From positions 1 to 40,358 of the IMG/VR virus record IMGVR_UViG_3300005805_000183: DNA of 40,358 bases; one strand, 5' to 3'. Position numbers and translations under genes: made by a program. Positions within the stretch are counted from its first letter, which is position 1. Each line of letters begins with the position of its first letter. Shown here one piece after another: positions 25,902-34,508 of the stretch. Source of the DNA: a virus. Lineage: Duplodnaviria > Caudoviricetes. The notes under the pieces were generated by a model, which was not told the DNA's origin, ran no database searches, and was given only the letters and a program-made list of their open reading frames with translations.

Positions 25902-25996
25902 TGGTAGTCCCCTAGGGATTCGAACCCTACCGTTCCAGCCCGTCCGGCCAGTCTCCACGCTTTATAAGGGCGCGCCGCACACCAGTGCTGAGGACC
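25902..25996 (-). tRNA. tRNA-Ile(TAT), atypical, long variable arm
   Basis: Loop CTTATAA, reduced D-arm, canonical T-arm, CCA. Confidence 0.7.
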
Positions 25997-26012
25997 ATAG
26001 TCTTGATTTGTT

Positions 26013-26087
26013 TGGGGTGTCTAACCAGGTTCGAACTGGTGATACAGGATTCACAATCCTGGGTGTTTCCCCTACACTATAGACACC
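26013..26087 (-). tRNA. tRNA-His(GTG)
   Basis: G-1:C73, CAGGA-TTGTGAA-TCCTG, CCA. Confidence 0.93.
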
Positions 26088-26096
26088 ACTGCGAAT

Positions 26097-26172
26097 TGGC
26101 ACCGCGAACGGGAATCAAACCCGCCACAATCGGATAGACAGTCCGGTATCACCATCAGGTGGTCTCCGCGGT
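26097..26172 (-). tRNA. tRNA-Asp(GTC), atypical D-arm
   Basis: Loop CTGTCTA, G73, CCA. Confidence 0.8.
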
Positions 26173-26180
26173 ATTGTGTT

Positions 26181-26258
26181 TGGTCTCTCGGGCAGGATTC
26201 GAACCTGCGTTATGCTTGCACCCCATGCAAGGGCCATACCTGGCTAGGCGACCGAGAG
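26181..26258 (-). tRNA. tRNA-Pro(GGG)
   Basis: CTTGC-ATGGGGT-GCAAG, CCA. Confidence 0.92.
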
Positions 26259-26450
26259 ATTTGCCAAGGGACGCGGTCCTGTTCTGTCGTTTAAGAGTAG
26301 GCGGTCACTGCATCAGCCGCTCACTCTCCCTGTGTAATACAGTACAGTACAAAATTCGAGGTAGGTTGATTAACCAGGTTTTGGACCTACCAGTCCTGGA
26401 CTTACGGCGCGTTTTCAGTTTCGAACCTTACTGGGCGCTATCTTAGTTCT

Positions 26451-26543
26451 TGGTGCGTGAAGTAGGAGTCGAACCTACAATGTTTACCCAGTGGGATCGG
26501 ATTTACAGTCCGAGGATGCACACGCCGTAGCATCAATTCACGC
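26451..26543 (-). tRNA. tRNA-Tyr(GTA)
   Basis: TCGGA-CTGTAAA-TCCGA, extended D-arm, variable arm, CCA. Confidence 0.88.
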
Positions 26544-26797
26544 ATTGCATAATTGAACCGACTAGAGTGTAATCAGTTCAAGTATGCAGGCTCCTTGCGG
26601 AACCTGATACTGCGGGACCATCTCCCGCATGCCTATCTTACTCGACCCGTTATCGCCAGGTCTTTCATGCCAGGACTCCGCCAGTTTACAGTATGTTTAG
26701 AGTGCGCTGCATGGCCCTCGTTGCCACGCACTGATGAATTGTTCGCTTGTGTTATCTATATGCTATGTTCTGCTCGTTGTTGTATATCACAGTGTCA

Positions 26798-26826
26798 ATT
26801 ATGCAGAATTGTTTGTTTCTTGTCAA
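26798..26826 (-). promoter_or_regulatory. sigma70-type promoter downstream of the attenuator
   Basis: TTGACA-17-CATAAT. Confidence 0.6.
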
Positions 26827-26853
26827 CCACTGCATGCATCTTTGTTGTCTACT

Positions 26854-26888
26854 AACGAAAACCCCCGAGTCTTGCGATCTCGGGGGTC
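26854..26888 (-). terminator. intrinsic terminator (attenuator) upstream of the tRNA array
   Basis: ACCCCCGAG-ATCGCAAGA-CTCGGGGGT followed by TTTCGTT. Confidence 0.8.
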
Positions 26889-26931
26889 TGTGTAGCTCTG
26901 CTGTTGCAGTTGTGTCGCTACACAGACCCCC
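26882..26931 (-). promoter_or_regulatory. antiterminator hairpin
   Basis: GGGGGTCTGTGTAGC pairs 15/15 with GCTACACAGACCCCC, which overlaps the terminator 5' arm. Confidence 0.75.
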
Positions 26932-27064
26932 CGGTATCGGTATTCTCGATCACACGGGCATAACCCAGAGCGATCCCCGACCATGTGGGCTGGAACATTG
27001 AACTATGTGTCAATTTGCATATTGTCGGGAGTGAGGTCATCATGTGTGGTTTGGAATATTTCAT
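26918..27064 (-). CDS. 48-aa leader peptide containing all 20 amino acids
   Basis: MKYSKPHMMTSLPTICKLTHSSMFQPTWSGIALGYARVIENTDTGGSV*; TAG lies inside the antiterminator 5' arm. Confidence 0.65.
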   Translation of the reverse strand: MKYSKPHMMTSLPTICKLTHSSMFQPTWSGIALGYARVIENTDTGGSV

Positions 27065-27076
27065 TGCAAGTGATGC

Positions 27077-27240
27077 ATGTTACTAGAATACTTATTACAG
27101 GTCAACCAGTTTGGAAATTTTTCTAGAACCGTGCACTGCATTTTACGAAGGTATTTATGTTTGATCAGTCTGACTGTGGTTTTTACCTAGGTTTTATACC
27201 AATTTAGACAATTATACAGTATGACTGCATATCTGGTCAA
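27077..27240 (-). promoter_or_regulatory. tandem promoters upstream of the leader peptide
   Basis: TTGACC-17-TAACAT (27105-27077), ATAAATA (27158-27152), TTGACC-18-TATAAT (27240-27211). Confidence 0.6.
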
Positions 27241-27264
27241 CCAGACATTTGTTCTTGCATTCCT

Positions 27265-27370
27265 TCAGGCAGTGAGTATACGTGCCACAGCCTGAATCAC
27301 TGCGTCAATGTTGAGACAAGTGTCCTTGGCATAGTCGGGAATGGCTTCTTTGATCAACACATTGAGACAT
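27265..27370 (-). pseudogene. ahpD: frameshifted, truncated AhpD remnant
   Basis: AAGGA SD + MSQCVDQ, then in a shifted frame IKEAIPDYAKDTCLNIDAVI, resembling the AhpD N-terminus (PDYAKDxxLN). Confidence 0.65.
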
Positions 27371-27378
27371 ATTTTTCC

Positions 27379-28311
27379 TTAATTGAATGGTAATTTTTCC
27401 GCCACAGGGATCCATCGACGTCGCATATCCATGATGAATTTTCTGTAGTCCGTGGCTGTGTGTTGCCAGGCTATTTCAGAAAGAAAGGCCTGGTATTCAG
27501 AAGTAGCTACCGCCTGGCGAAATACTCGTTGCCAAAATTCTATTGCACCCTTGTCAGTTCCTGCGGGCGCTACAATGCCTACTTGTCCCACTAGGTCTAG
27601 TCCGGGAAAGCTAGAATTCAATTTAGGCCAGACTGGAAACCGGTCATTGGAAGTGATTCCTAGAATTTTGACTCGTCGTGATCGGTGCCACTCCAAGGCC
27701 ATACTTAATGGGGTGATTCCGTATGTGACCTCACGAGAGGCCACAGCTTGCGCCACCGCTGCCGGACTGTTGTATTGCACACGACGAGCGTTGTTTACAC
27801 GAACTTGATCCACAATATACTGATAGGCTAGAACATGAGCAGTGGCGCCAGTGCCTACCGTGATATCAGCACCTGATTTCAATGCAGAAACAAACTCGGC
27901 TGGGTTGTTAACTGGGTTATCGATGTGTGTGTAGAGCGCTAATGGGGTTTCTCCTAGATTGATAACGGGCTCAAACTGCATAACATCTACGTTCAACATC
28001 TTTTTATACCAGACTGGATTTGCAACCCAAACTCCAATTGCAGGTACAAACAGACTATGTCCGTCGTTCTGTGCATTAGTTGCAAAGTAGTTGGTGCCAA
28101 CTACCTCATTGGCACCGGGCCTAAACTCCAACACAAAGTTTACTCGATGCTCACGTGAAACTATTTCAGCTGCTTTCCGAAACAGTAGTTCATTTCCTGA
28201 TCCAGGAGCATAAGCTATGGTTACCGTAACCAAACGACTGGGCTGCCAAGCTAGAGCAACATTGGTAAAAGCCAACAAACACAATACAAGCAGTTTGAGC
28301 CAATTTATCAT
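27379..28311 (-). CDS. Bug/TctC substrate-binding protein
   Basis: Signal peptide, WQPSRLVTVTIAYAPGSG, FRPGA, NDGHSL, APAGT. Confidence 0.85.
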   Translation of the reverse strand: MINWLKLLVLCLLAFTNVALAWQPSRLVTVTIAYAPGSGNELLFRKAAEIVSREHRVNFVLEFRPGANEVVGTNYFATNAQNDGHSLFVPAIGVWVANPVWYKKMLNVDVMQFEPVINLGETPLALYTHIDNPVNNPAEFVSALKSGADITVGTGATAHVLAYQYIVDQVRVNNARRVQYNSPAAVAQAVASREVTYGITPLSMALEWHRSRRVKILGITSNDRFPVWPKLNSSFPGLDLVGQVGIVAPAGTDKGAIEFWQRVFRQAVATSEYQAFLSEIAWQHTATDYRKFIMDMRRRWIPVAEKLPFN

Positions 28312-28319
28312 GTTAAATC

Positions 28320-28892
28320 TTATTTCAGTGTTTCACCGCCCGCTGCACGATTGCAGGCGCACAGCTCGCCAGTCTGGCAAGCGTCCAGCACACGCAGAGT
28401 TTCCTCGGGACTGCGACCCACGTTGAGGTTGTTCACTGTAACATGCTGAATCACGTTGTCGGGGTCAACAATGAACGTAGCACGCAGCGCAGCACCCACG
28501 TCGTGATTGAACACACCTAATTGTTCTGCCAGGCTTGAGTTCACAAACTGATCGCCCACCCAGTGCCCGCGCAGGGTGTCAGCAAATTGCATGTGCCGGA
28601 TCTTGCGTAGATCTTCGTGCGCGGTCTGCCAGGCCAGCTTGCAGAATTCGTTGTCGGTGCTGCCAGTGAGCAGCACAGCGTTGCGATCCTCAAAGTCCTG
28701 GACCAGTTTATCATAGGCCACAATTTCGGTAGGGCACACAAACGTGAAGTCTTTGGGATAGAACACAATTACTTTCCACTTGCCGGGGAAGCTCTCGTGA
28801 GTGATGGTTTCAAAGGCACCATCAGGCGAAGTTGATCCTGGGCGTACTCCAGTCACGGCAAATGCTTCTACTCGATCTTCTACTGTTTTCAT
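28320..28892 (-). CDS. ahpC: 2-Cys peroxiredoxin
   Basis: FYPKDFTFVCPTE, RATFIVDP, GRSPEETLR, GELC. Confidence 0.95.
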   Translation of the reverse strand: MKTVEDRVEAFAVTGVRPGSTSPDGAFETITHESFPGKWKVIVFYPKDFTFVCPTEIVAYDKLVQDFEDRNAVLLTGSTDNEFCKLAWQTAHEDLRKIRHMQFADTLRGHWVGDQFVNSSLAEQLGVFNHDVGAALRATFIVDPDNVIQHVTVNNLNVGRSPEETLRVLDACQTGELCACNRAAGGETLK

Positions 28893-29013
28893 ACGATCTC
28901 CTTGATAAAATATTTCATGTTGTCATGCAACATTTCACTATTATATATGAATCAATCAGTCAAGATCTAGCGTTAACGAGCGAATACTTTTTTATGGAGT
29001 GCATAGCCTATTG

Positions 29014-29391
29014 CTATGAATCCTGTTGAAGTCTGAGACTTTCCAACCATTGTGCCACATCGCCATACAGCGTAAGTAGCACCGCTTCTCGGCTATCAAA
29101 CAGTACAAGACTGCCTGACCCAGACCGAGTGCGTGCGAGATGATATGCGCAGGTCATCCGGTGATCCAGGAGTATGAGATTGCCGGCTGTGAGGAGCCTC
29201 TGCGCTACATCAAACTCGTAATATGGCATCTGAGCCTGATTTCGGAACACGTCATACCCTGTGATATTGAGACGTAGTCCGCCCGTGCTCCTGACATTGG
29301 TCCACCAACCGTTCAAGGCCTGGTCCAAGGTCCAATCGGATCCTTCCAGACGATCCAGCACCGACTGCGTCAGCTCAGGCCGTGTTGCCAC
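29014..29391 (-). CDS. hypothetical phage protein
   Basis: Probable GTG start at 29391; WWTNVRSTGGLRL. Confidence 0.6.
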   Translation of the reverse strand: MATRPELTQSVLDRLEGSDWTLDQALNGWWTNVRSTGGLRLNITGYDVFRNQAQMPYYEFDVAQRLLTAGNLILLDHRMTCAYHLARTRSGSGSLVLFDSREAVLLTLYGDVAQWLESLRLQQDS

Positions 29392-29677
29392 TGGGATAGA
29401 TGATTTCTCCGCATAGTAACAGAACCACAGTGAATTGATCAGTGCGAAACTGCGAGTTGAGTTTGCGGGCCAGGTTGATGGCATGACCGGGATTGCTGAA
29501 TGACACTTTTTTATACTTGGGTCCCGGATATTGAACCAGCATGTTATGTGTCTTGAGATTGATGGGCTGACCCTGATAGAATACTGCCCACACACCTTCG
29601 GCGGACAAGACCTGTTCGGTCTGGTAGGTCTGTTTATTGGTGTGCTCAATCAGCACTTGTGGTTTGGGTCTGCTCAT
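29375..29677 (-). CDS. conserved hypothetical phage protein
   Basis: MSRPKP...GPKYKKVSFSNPGHA; TATAAATA 7 nt upstream. Confidence 0.75.
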   Translation of the reverse strand: MSRPKPQVLIEHTNKQTYQTEQVLSAEGVWAVFYQGQPINLKTHNMLVQYPGPKYKKVSFSNPGHAINLARKLNSQFRTDQFTVVLLLCGEIIYPSGNTA

Positions 29678-29699
29678 GATACGGTATTTATACCAATAT

Positions 29700-29933
29700 C
29701 TACGTGGTTTTAAAACTACCTCCCATGACTTGGATTTCAATTACGTCAGGTACAGCAGGCTCAATTGATGTGGTAACAGATGTGATGTTGCGCATTTCCT
29801 CTAGTGTGACCAGCAGGCGAGTGATGTCGGCATGGAGGTCCTTGGCATCCCGTAATGGCATATGAAGATCTCGTTGCCCTCGTGCTTCAGTGGCCTTGAC
29901 CAGATCTATGAATCTATGTATATGCAGGCTCAT
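29700..29933 (-). CDS. hypothetical protein
   Basis: 77-aa ORF with ATGA coupling. Confidence 0.65.
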   Translation of the reverse strand: MSLHIHRFIDLVKATEARGQRDLHMPLRDAKDLHADITRLLVTLEEMRNITSVTTSIEPAVPDVIEIQVMGGSFKTT

Positions 29934-30325
29934 GTCAATGACTCAGGGCCTAAATTGACTAGTTTTACAAATGTCTCAAGGTTGGGAGGTTGCCAACCTT
30001 CAGGCTTGAGGATTTTTCCGTCCTCGCGGCGACGAACCTGTCCAGTTTCAGGATCAATTTTGGCCATGTTAGTACGCATGACTTCCTGCCAGGCACCTTC
30101 CACATCGGCTCCCATACTATGAGCAGCTCCAATGGTGACCACCAAGATATCAATCAGGGCGTCTAGAGCCCCCACTTGATCATGCGTCTCGATGGCATTG
30201 GCCAATTCTTGGGATTCTTCTTCAATTAGGCTCAGATACATGTTGAATTGATCAGGATTGAATTGTTCCACAGTTTGGCCACAGGCCTGCATAAAAACTC
30301 TTTGGTCACGAAAGGGGTTGGTCAT
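29930..30325 (-). CDS. MazG-like NTP pyrophosphohydrolase
   Basis: LIEEESQEL, DALID, EVMRTNMAK, DGKILKPEGW. Confidence 0.88.
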   Translation of the reverse strand: MTNPFRDQRVFMQACGQTVEQFNPDQFNMYLSLIEEESQELANAIETHDQVGALDALIDILVVTIGAAHSMGADVEGAWQEVMRTNMAKIDPETGQVRRREDGKILKPEGWQPPNLETFVKLVNLGPESLT

Positions 30326-30758
30326 TGGCTTGCTCCTTGCTATGGAAAGGTCCTTGAAATTGATAACGGTCCAGGATGATCAGCTTGGGATTGTGTATCA
30401 GATCCCAGCGCTGATGCTGGCGCACCTGATACCAGCCGGCAGCATACCAACTCTTGCTTTTGGATGTTTTGGTAAACAGGGGAAGGCGTCGTTTCACATC
30501 CCACATGGCGTTATAGGCACGGCATCCGGCATCGTATCCATGCACTAGATTGCGCGGAAGGTGAGTGGACCGACTGGCCGGTTGGAAATCAATACCAGCT
30601 GTTTTTCGTATCATGGGCACAGTGCGAAATTGTTGCACATGATTACGGATTTTCACCAAAAATCCCTGGTCATCGGCTTCCACAGTGCCTACCTTGTGTC
30701 CATCTTGTTTGAGTATCCAGTAGCGATTGGCTACCACGGGTTTAGCTATTATCACCAT
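30306..30758 (-). CDS. hypothetical phage protein
   Basis: 150-aa ORF in operon. Confidence 0.7.
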   Translation of the reverse strand: MVIIAKPVVANRYWILKQDGHKVGTVEADDQGFLVKIRNHVQQFRTVPMIRKTAGIDFQPASRSTHLPRNLVHGYDAGCRAYNAMWDVKRRLPLFTKTSKSKSWYAAGWYQVRQHQRWDLIHNPKLIILDRYQFQGPFHSKEQANDQPLS

Positions 30759-31752
30759 TCATTGCTCCTTGATAAGTGGCGTTGAGCCAACGACTGTGTT
30801 GTTCGGCCTGTTCACTGGCTTTATTCAATTCAAATTTGCCGCAGAAACGCATGAATCTCACTCCCACCTGCCCCACATCGCGGTGGCTGATCTGTGTGCG
30901 AATGTCATGATCCACCTGTGCCTTGACGCTGTTGGGTTGAGCTGTGAGATCGATCAGCTGACGATTGCGCTCGTAGTCTTCGTGCACCTTGTGTTCCTGG
31001 CCCTCGTGATCGGTCCAGCGTTGCAGCATGAGATTGTTCCAGGCAAAGCCACGGCGATCACGATCCTCAAACGCTTCTTGCAGGCCTACTTTGTTCCGGG
31101 TGCCTCGGGTGCGCACACCGGGGTAAGCCGAAAACACATTGTCAGATGTGTCGCCGCGCATGCATTTTTCAAACAGTAACCACTGGGGGTCAGGTGTGAT
31201 CTTGGGTTCTTTGGTTTTCTTGTCTATGACCGGCCGGCCCTTGGCATCAAATATGCCTTCCAGCGTGAGCAGTTCATCCGTGATACCGTTGAACTGATCC
31301 ACGTTGGCTGCCAATAGCTGCACAAAGTCGGTGTCCGAACTCACGATGGTGTGATGATCCTGGGGATGTAGCGCGATCCAGCGAGCAATCACATCGTCAG
31401 CTTCGGCTGTGGCGCAGCGTATGACCGAACAGTTGGTGTCCTCATTGAGGTACTGTGTGAACTGATCGTAAGTTTCCCAGAACAGTTTCTCTTCCTCGGT
31501 TTCTGATTCAGACATGGCAGCACGAGCATCGGTACGGTTACGCTTGTAGGGAGCATAATGATCCTTGCGCCACGAGCGTCCCTCTAAGGCAAATATCACA
31601 TGATCGGCTGAGAATTTTCTAGCCACTTTGTTGATAGCACTGAGTGTGATATGCAATGCATACCCCACCTTCTCCCAAGGATCTGAAGCTCGAAAAGCCA
31701 CGTGGCGGGCCCGGAAAAACATGTTGGCAGTATCAATCAGGAGGTAACGCAT
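30742..31752 (-). CDS. T4 RNase H-like 5'-3' exonuclease
   Basis: LLIDTAN, SWRK..Y.PYK.NR, EADD, SSDTDF, GDTSDNV. Confidence 0.9.
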   Translation of the reverse strand: MRYLLIDTANMFFRARHVAFRASDPWEKVGYALHITLSAINKVARKFSADHVIFALEGRSWRKDHYAPYKRNRTDARAAMSESETEEEKLFWETYDQFTQYLNEDTNCSVIRCATAEADDVIARWIALHPQDHHTIVSSDTDFVQLLAANVDQFNGITDELLTLEGIFDAKGRPVIDKKTKEPKITPDPQWLLFEKCMRGDTSDNVFSAYPGVRTRGTRNKVGLQEAFEDRDRRGFAWNNLMLQRWTDHEGQEHKVHEDYERNRQLIDLTAQPNSVKAQVDHDIRTQISHRDVGQVGVRFMRFCGKFELNKASEQAEQHSRWLNATYQGAMNGDNS

Positions 31753-32465
31753 AGTGCATCCAAAAAGTTGTGGGAACGCATGTATTGTAACACATGTTTG
31801 GCCCAAAAGCAATGGGCATCTAGCCCATAGTGGTAACTGCTTGAATTCACACGAGAAAATCCCTGTTGAGCCAGCACAGAATGAAAGGTTCCTTGTGCAT
31901 GATAAGGCGATAGATAGTGGTTGCCCCAGTCGCACTGGCAGTCTATGTGATCAAACCAGTTGTTACCGTTGAAAAACACATGAGGAATAGCGCGAGCCTT
32001 CAAGAGATGGTGTAGATCCCAGATCTTGGCATGTGCTTGATGGGCCTTGGCTCGCCAGTCCACGGTCTGAACAAACTCTCGATAGCGTGCCCGGAGAGCC
32101 GGAGGCACCGAATCCTGTCCAGACGCATTGACCTGATACCATTGGTCCAGGTGCCACCATTCTTCCCGTTCCCAGGTGCTCCACTGTAGTATCACAAAGG
32201 CCTTGGCATGGTCAACATCACTGCGATTTAACCATGCGCGAGTGGTCCTGATAATACGATCGTTGCTGCTGGCTGATTCGGCATCGCAAACTAGATCCCA
32301 GCCTAGATCTTGTGCCAACACTGTGCACCAGCTCACGGCCAGATTGTCAGGATGCGGCTGTCGTCCTAGATGGTAGAACTTGCCGTCGTCCTCGGCAAAC
32401 GCAGCAGGATTAACGGCCTCTGCTGCTGCGGTATGGCTGTCGCCGTTGACATATAAAATTGTCAT
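31737..32465 (-). CDS. hypothetical protein, SGNH-like
   Basis: YVNGDSH, SSNDRIIR, C-terminal YHYG. Confidence 0.65.
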   Translation of the reverse strand: MTILYVNGDSHTAAAEAVNPAAFAEDDGKFYHLGRQPHPDNLAVSWCTVLAQDLGWDLVCDAESASSNDRIIRTTRAWLNRSDVDHAKAFVILQWSTWEREEWWHLDQWYQVNASGQDSVPPALRARYREFVQTVDWRAKAHQAHAKIWDLHHLLKARAIPHVFFNGNNWFDHIDCQCDWGNHYLSPYHAQGTFHSVLAQQGFSRVNSSSYHYGLDAHCFWAKHVLQYMRSHNFLDALCVTS

Positions 32466-32986
32466 TATTCAAACACGTCGTGATTGTATTGCTCTTGTTG
32501 TTCGTGATCAGAATCACCTCGAGTGAGCCTAAGAGTTTCTTCATGTGCCACTCGTTTGCGCAGACTGCTGCTACTAAAGCTATGATCTCGACGGTTGAAC
32601 ACCAGCTCGATGCCACGATCCATACACTCCTGGCGTCCAGTGAAGTTCAAGGTTTCGTATTCCACACCCAGGATACGCACATCCACGGGCAGGATCAGCA
32701 ACAGGTCCACTAGGTCTTGTTCAGTCTGATACACTACCACTTCATCCACGTAGCGACATGCGGCCAGTTGAATCTGCCGTTCCACTATGCTCTGCACCGG
32801 TTTGTTCTTGGTGCCCGGACGATCTATGGTGGGATCAGTCTGGAGACCTGCGATCAGATAGTCGCAATGGTTCCGGGCGTCGCTCAGCATGGCTATGTGG
32901 CCCGCATGCAAAAGGTCCCATGCACTAAAAGTAATTCCAATTTTTTTACCTTGAGCTTTGAGTTCTTTGATTTTGTTGAATATCAT
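32465..32986 (-). CDS. cytidylyltransferase (TagD-like)
   Basis: WDLLHAGH, ER, YVDEV, RDHSFSSS. Confidence 0.88.
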   Translation of the reverse strand: MIFNKIKELKAQGKKIGITFSAWDLLHAGHIAMLSDARNHCDYLIAGLQTDPTIDRPGTKNKPVQSIVERQIQLAACRYVDEVVVYQTEQDLVDLLLILPVDVRILGVEYETLNFTGRQECMDRGIELVFNRRDHSFSSSSLRKRVAHEETLRLTRGDSDHEQQEQYNHDVFE

Positions 32987-33174
32987 TGTTGGAGTAGGAA
33001 AAATGTAGCTATTTTGGGATCTTTTACCTGGAGATACACACGGCCCTGTTCCTGATTAACGATCCAATCATGAGACCCCACTTGATTGTGTAGATAATAG
33101 AGTTCAGATCCAAGAATACGTCTGGCCTGGATAATGGCCTGACCAAACGGCATGTCTAGTTTTATCTTGGTCAT
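32983..33174 (-). CDS. small hypothetical protein
   Basis: ATGA overlaps on both sides. Confidence 0.6.
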   Translation of the reverse strand: MTKIKLDMPFGQAIIQARRILGSELYYLHNQVGSHDWIVNQEQGRVYLQVKDPKIATFFLLQQ

Positions 33175-33557
33175 GAAACTTCACTACGACCACCGCCGAT
33201 GTCACGGGTCTGTACATAGATACCGCTCTGACGTATGGCTTCTTCCTGTTCCCAGGTCTCCATCACAACATGCCTACACACGTTTTGGAACCAGCGATCC
33301 ACGATCTCGGCATCACTGTCTGTGGGCTTCATCATGTAACCGGCCTTGACCAGGCGAGCCACAAAGATATCGTTCCAATCTAGTTCAAAACTGCCTTGGT
33401 GTAGGTTATTGGGATCAATGTCCATGCTCATGATCTCTACCCAAGGGTCGCCTCGTTCAGTAGCTAGCTCCTTGTTGGATTTTTTTGGTGCTGGCTTTGG
33501 ACGTTCTTCTGTGACAGGCTTTTTCTTGGCAAACTTTTTCTTGATGAACTCAAACAT
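33171..33557 (-). CDS. hypothetical phage protein
   Basis: 128 aa, FELDWND..V..L..AGY. Confidence 0.75.
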   Translation of the reverse strand: MFEFIKKKFAKKKPVTEERPKPAPKKSNKELATERGDPWVEIMSMDIDPNNLHQGSFELDWNDIFVARLVKAGYMMKPTDSDAEIVDRWFQNVCRHVVMETWEQEEAIRQSGIYVQTRDIGGGRSEVS

Positions 33558-34414
33558 TAGGTGCCCCAGGCGTTCTTGAACAGAGGAACTTGCAGTCTAT
33601 CACTGTATCTCAGGCCATGCGCCATAGCCAGTTCAGCCACACGGCGGTTGTTCATAGCGTACACAGTGTCAATACCACCAATGGGCATCAAGTACACAGG
33701 GCCTGCAAATCCTGCGTCTCTAAATGCAGCAATGGCGCACTCTGCGTCGGCAAAGTCTTTTTCCGTAGCAACCACAAACTTCAAGTACGCCTGGCCTACA
33801 AGTTCGTAGTCGCACACTACATCAGGTTTGATTGCACTGTCCCACGACTCGCCTGAACAAGGCAGCTTGGCACTTACACTGAAAGTAACGCAGCGCCGGG
33901 GCGCTGAGTTGGCCCACCGAGCCAAGTACGCTGCAAAATCTGGATCCAGTGGCTGCGTACCATTGGTTTCGAACGTGATTTCCTTCAAGCCAGACATTGC
34001 AGGATGATCCAGCAGTGCTGGGTAAGCACGCTGCCAGCCCAACAAAGGCTCGCCACCGGTGATGACCAAATGCTCGTCGTGCCAGGTTTTGTTGGGCAGA
34101 AGGTCAACAATTTGCTGTGCCAGTGTGTCTGTGTCCACCATGGGGGAAAAGTTCTTGAACTCTGGGTACACTGCCGCGTAAGAGTCACAGCCCGTGGCTA
34201 CCAAGGGCAAATCATTGTAGGAGCGGTATTGGTCGATACGCTGGATTACTGCTACGACCTCGGGGTTGAGTGTTTCATCGGGCGGCAACGCACCGCGTCC
34301 AAAACCTCGACATTTGAAGTTGCAGCCGAACGTGCGAAGGAAAATACTAGGTACGCCCATGTATTTTCCTTCTCCCTGCAACGAGTAGAATAACTCACTT
34401 ACCTTTATCTTCAC
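33557..34414 (-). CDS. queE: 7-carboxy-7-deazaguanine synthase (radical SAM)
   Basis: SELFYSLQGEG, FLRTFGCNFKC...CDS, TGGEP, ETNGT, RLQ; next to queD and folE. Confidence 0.9.
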   Translation of the reverse strand: MKIKVSELFYSLQGEGKYMGVPSIFLRTFGCNFKCRGFGRGALPPDETLNPEVVAVIQRIDQYRSYNDLPLVATGCDSYAAVYPEFKNFSPMVDTDTLAQQIVDLLPNKTWHDEHLVITGGEPLLGWQRAYPALLDHPAMSGLKEITFETNGTQPLDPDFAAYLARWANSAPRRCVTFSVSAKLPCSGESWDSAIKPDVVCDYELVGQAYLKFVVATEKDFADAECAIAAFRDAGFAGPVYLMPIGGIDTVYAMNNRRVAELAMAHGLRYSDRLQVPLFKNAWGT

Positions 34415-34508
34415 TTATTAGTCCTCTAAAATTTTGAATCCCAACTTTCTTGAAGTTTTGTTTCTCATATGTGTAGTATATAGATTTTGAGAGGAAAAAA
34501 CAAACTGT

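Noticed and set aside
23558-26855. ORF-track ORFs overlapping tRNA genes, including the long N-terminal extension of the GNAT ORF
   Set aside because: They translate tRNA sequence and lack SD or homology.
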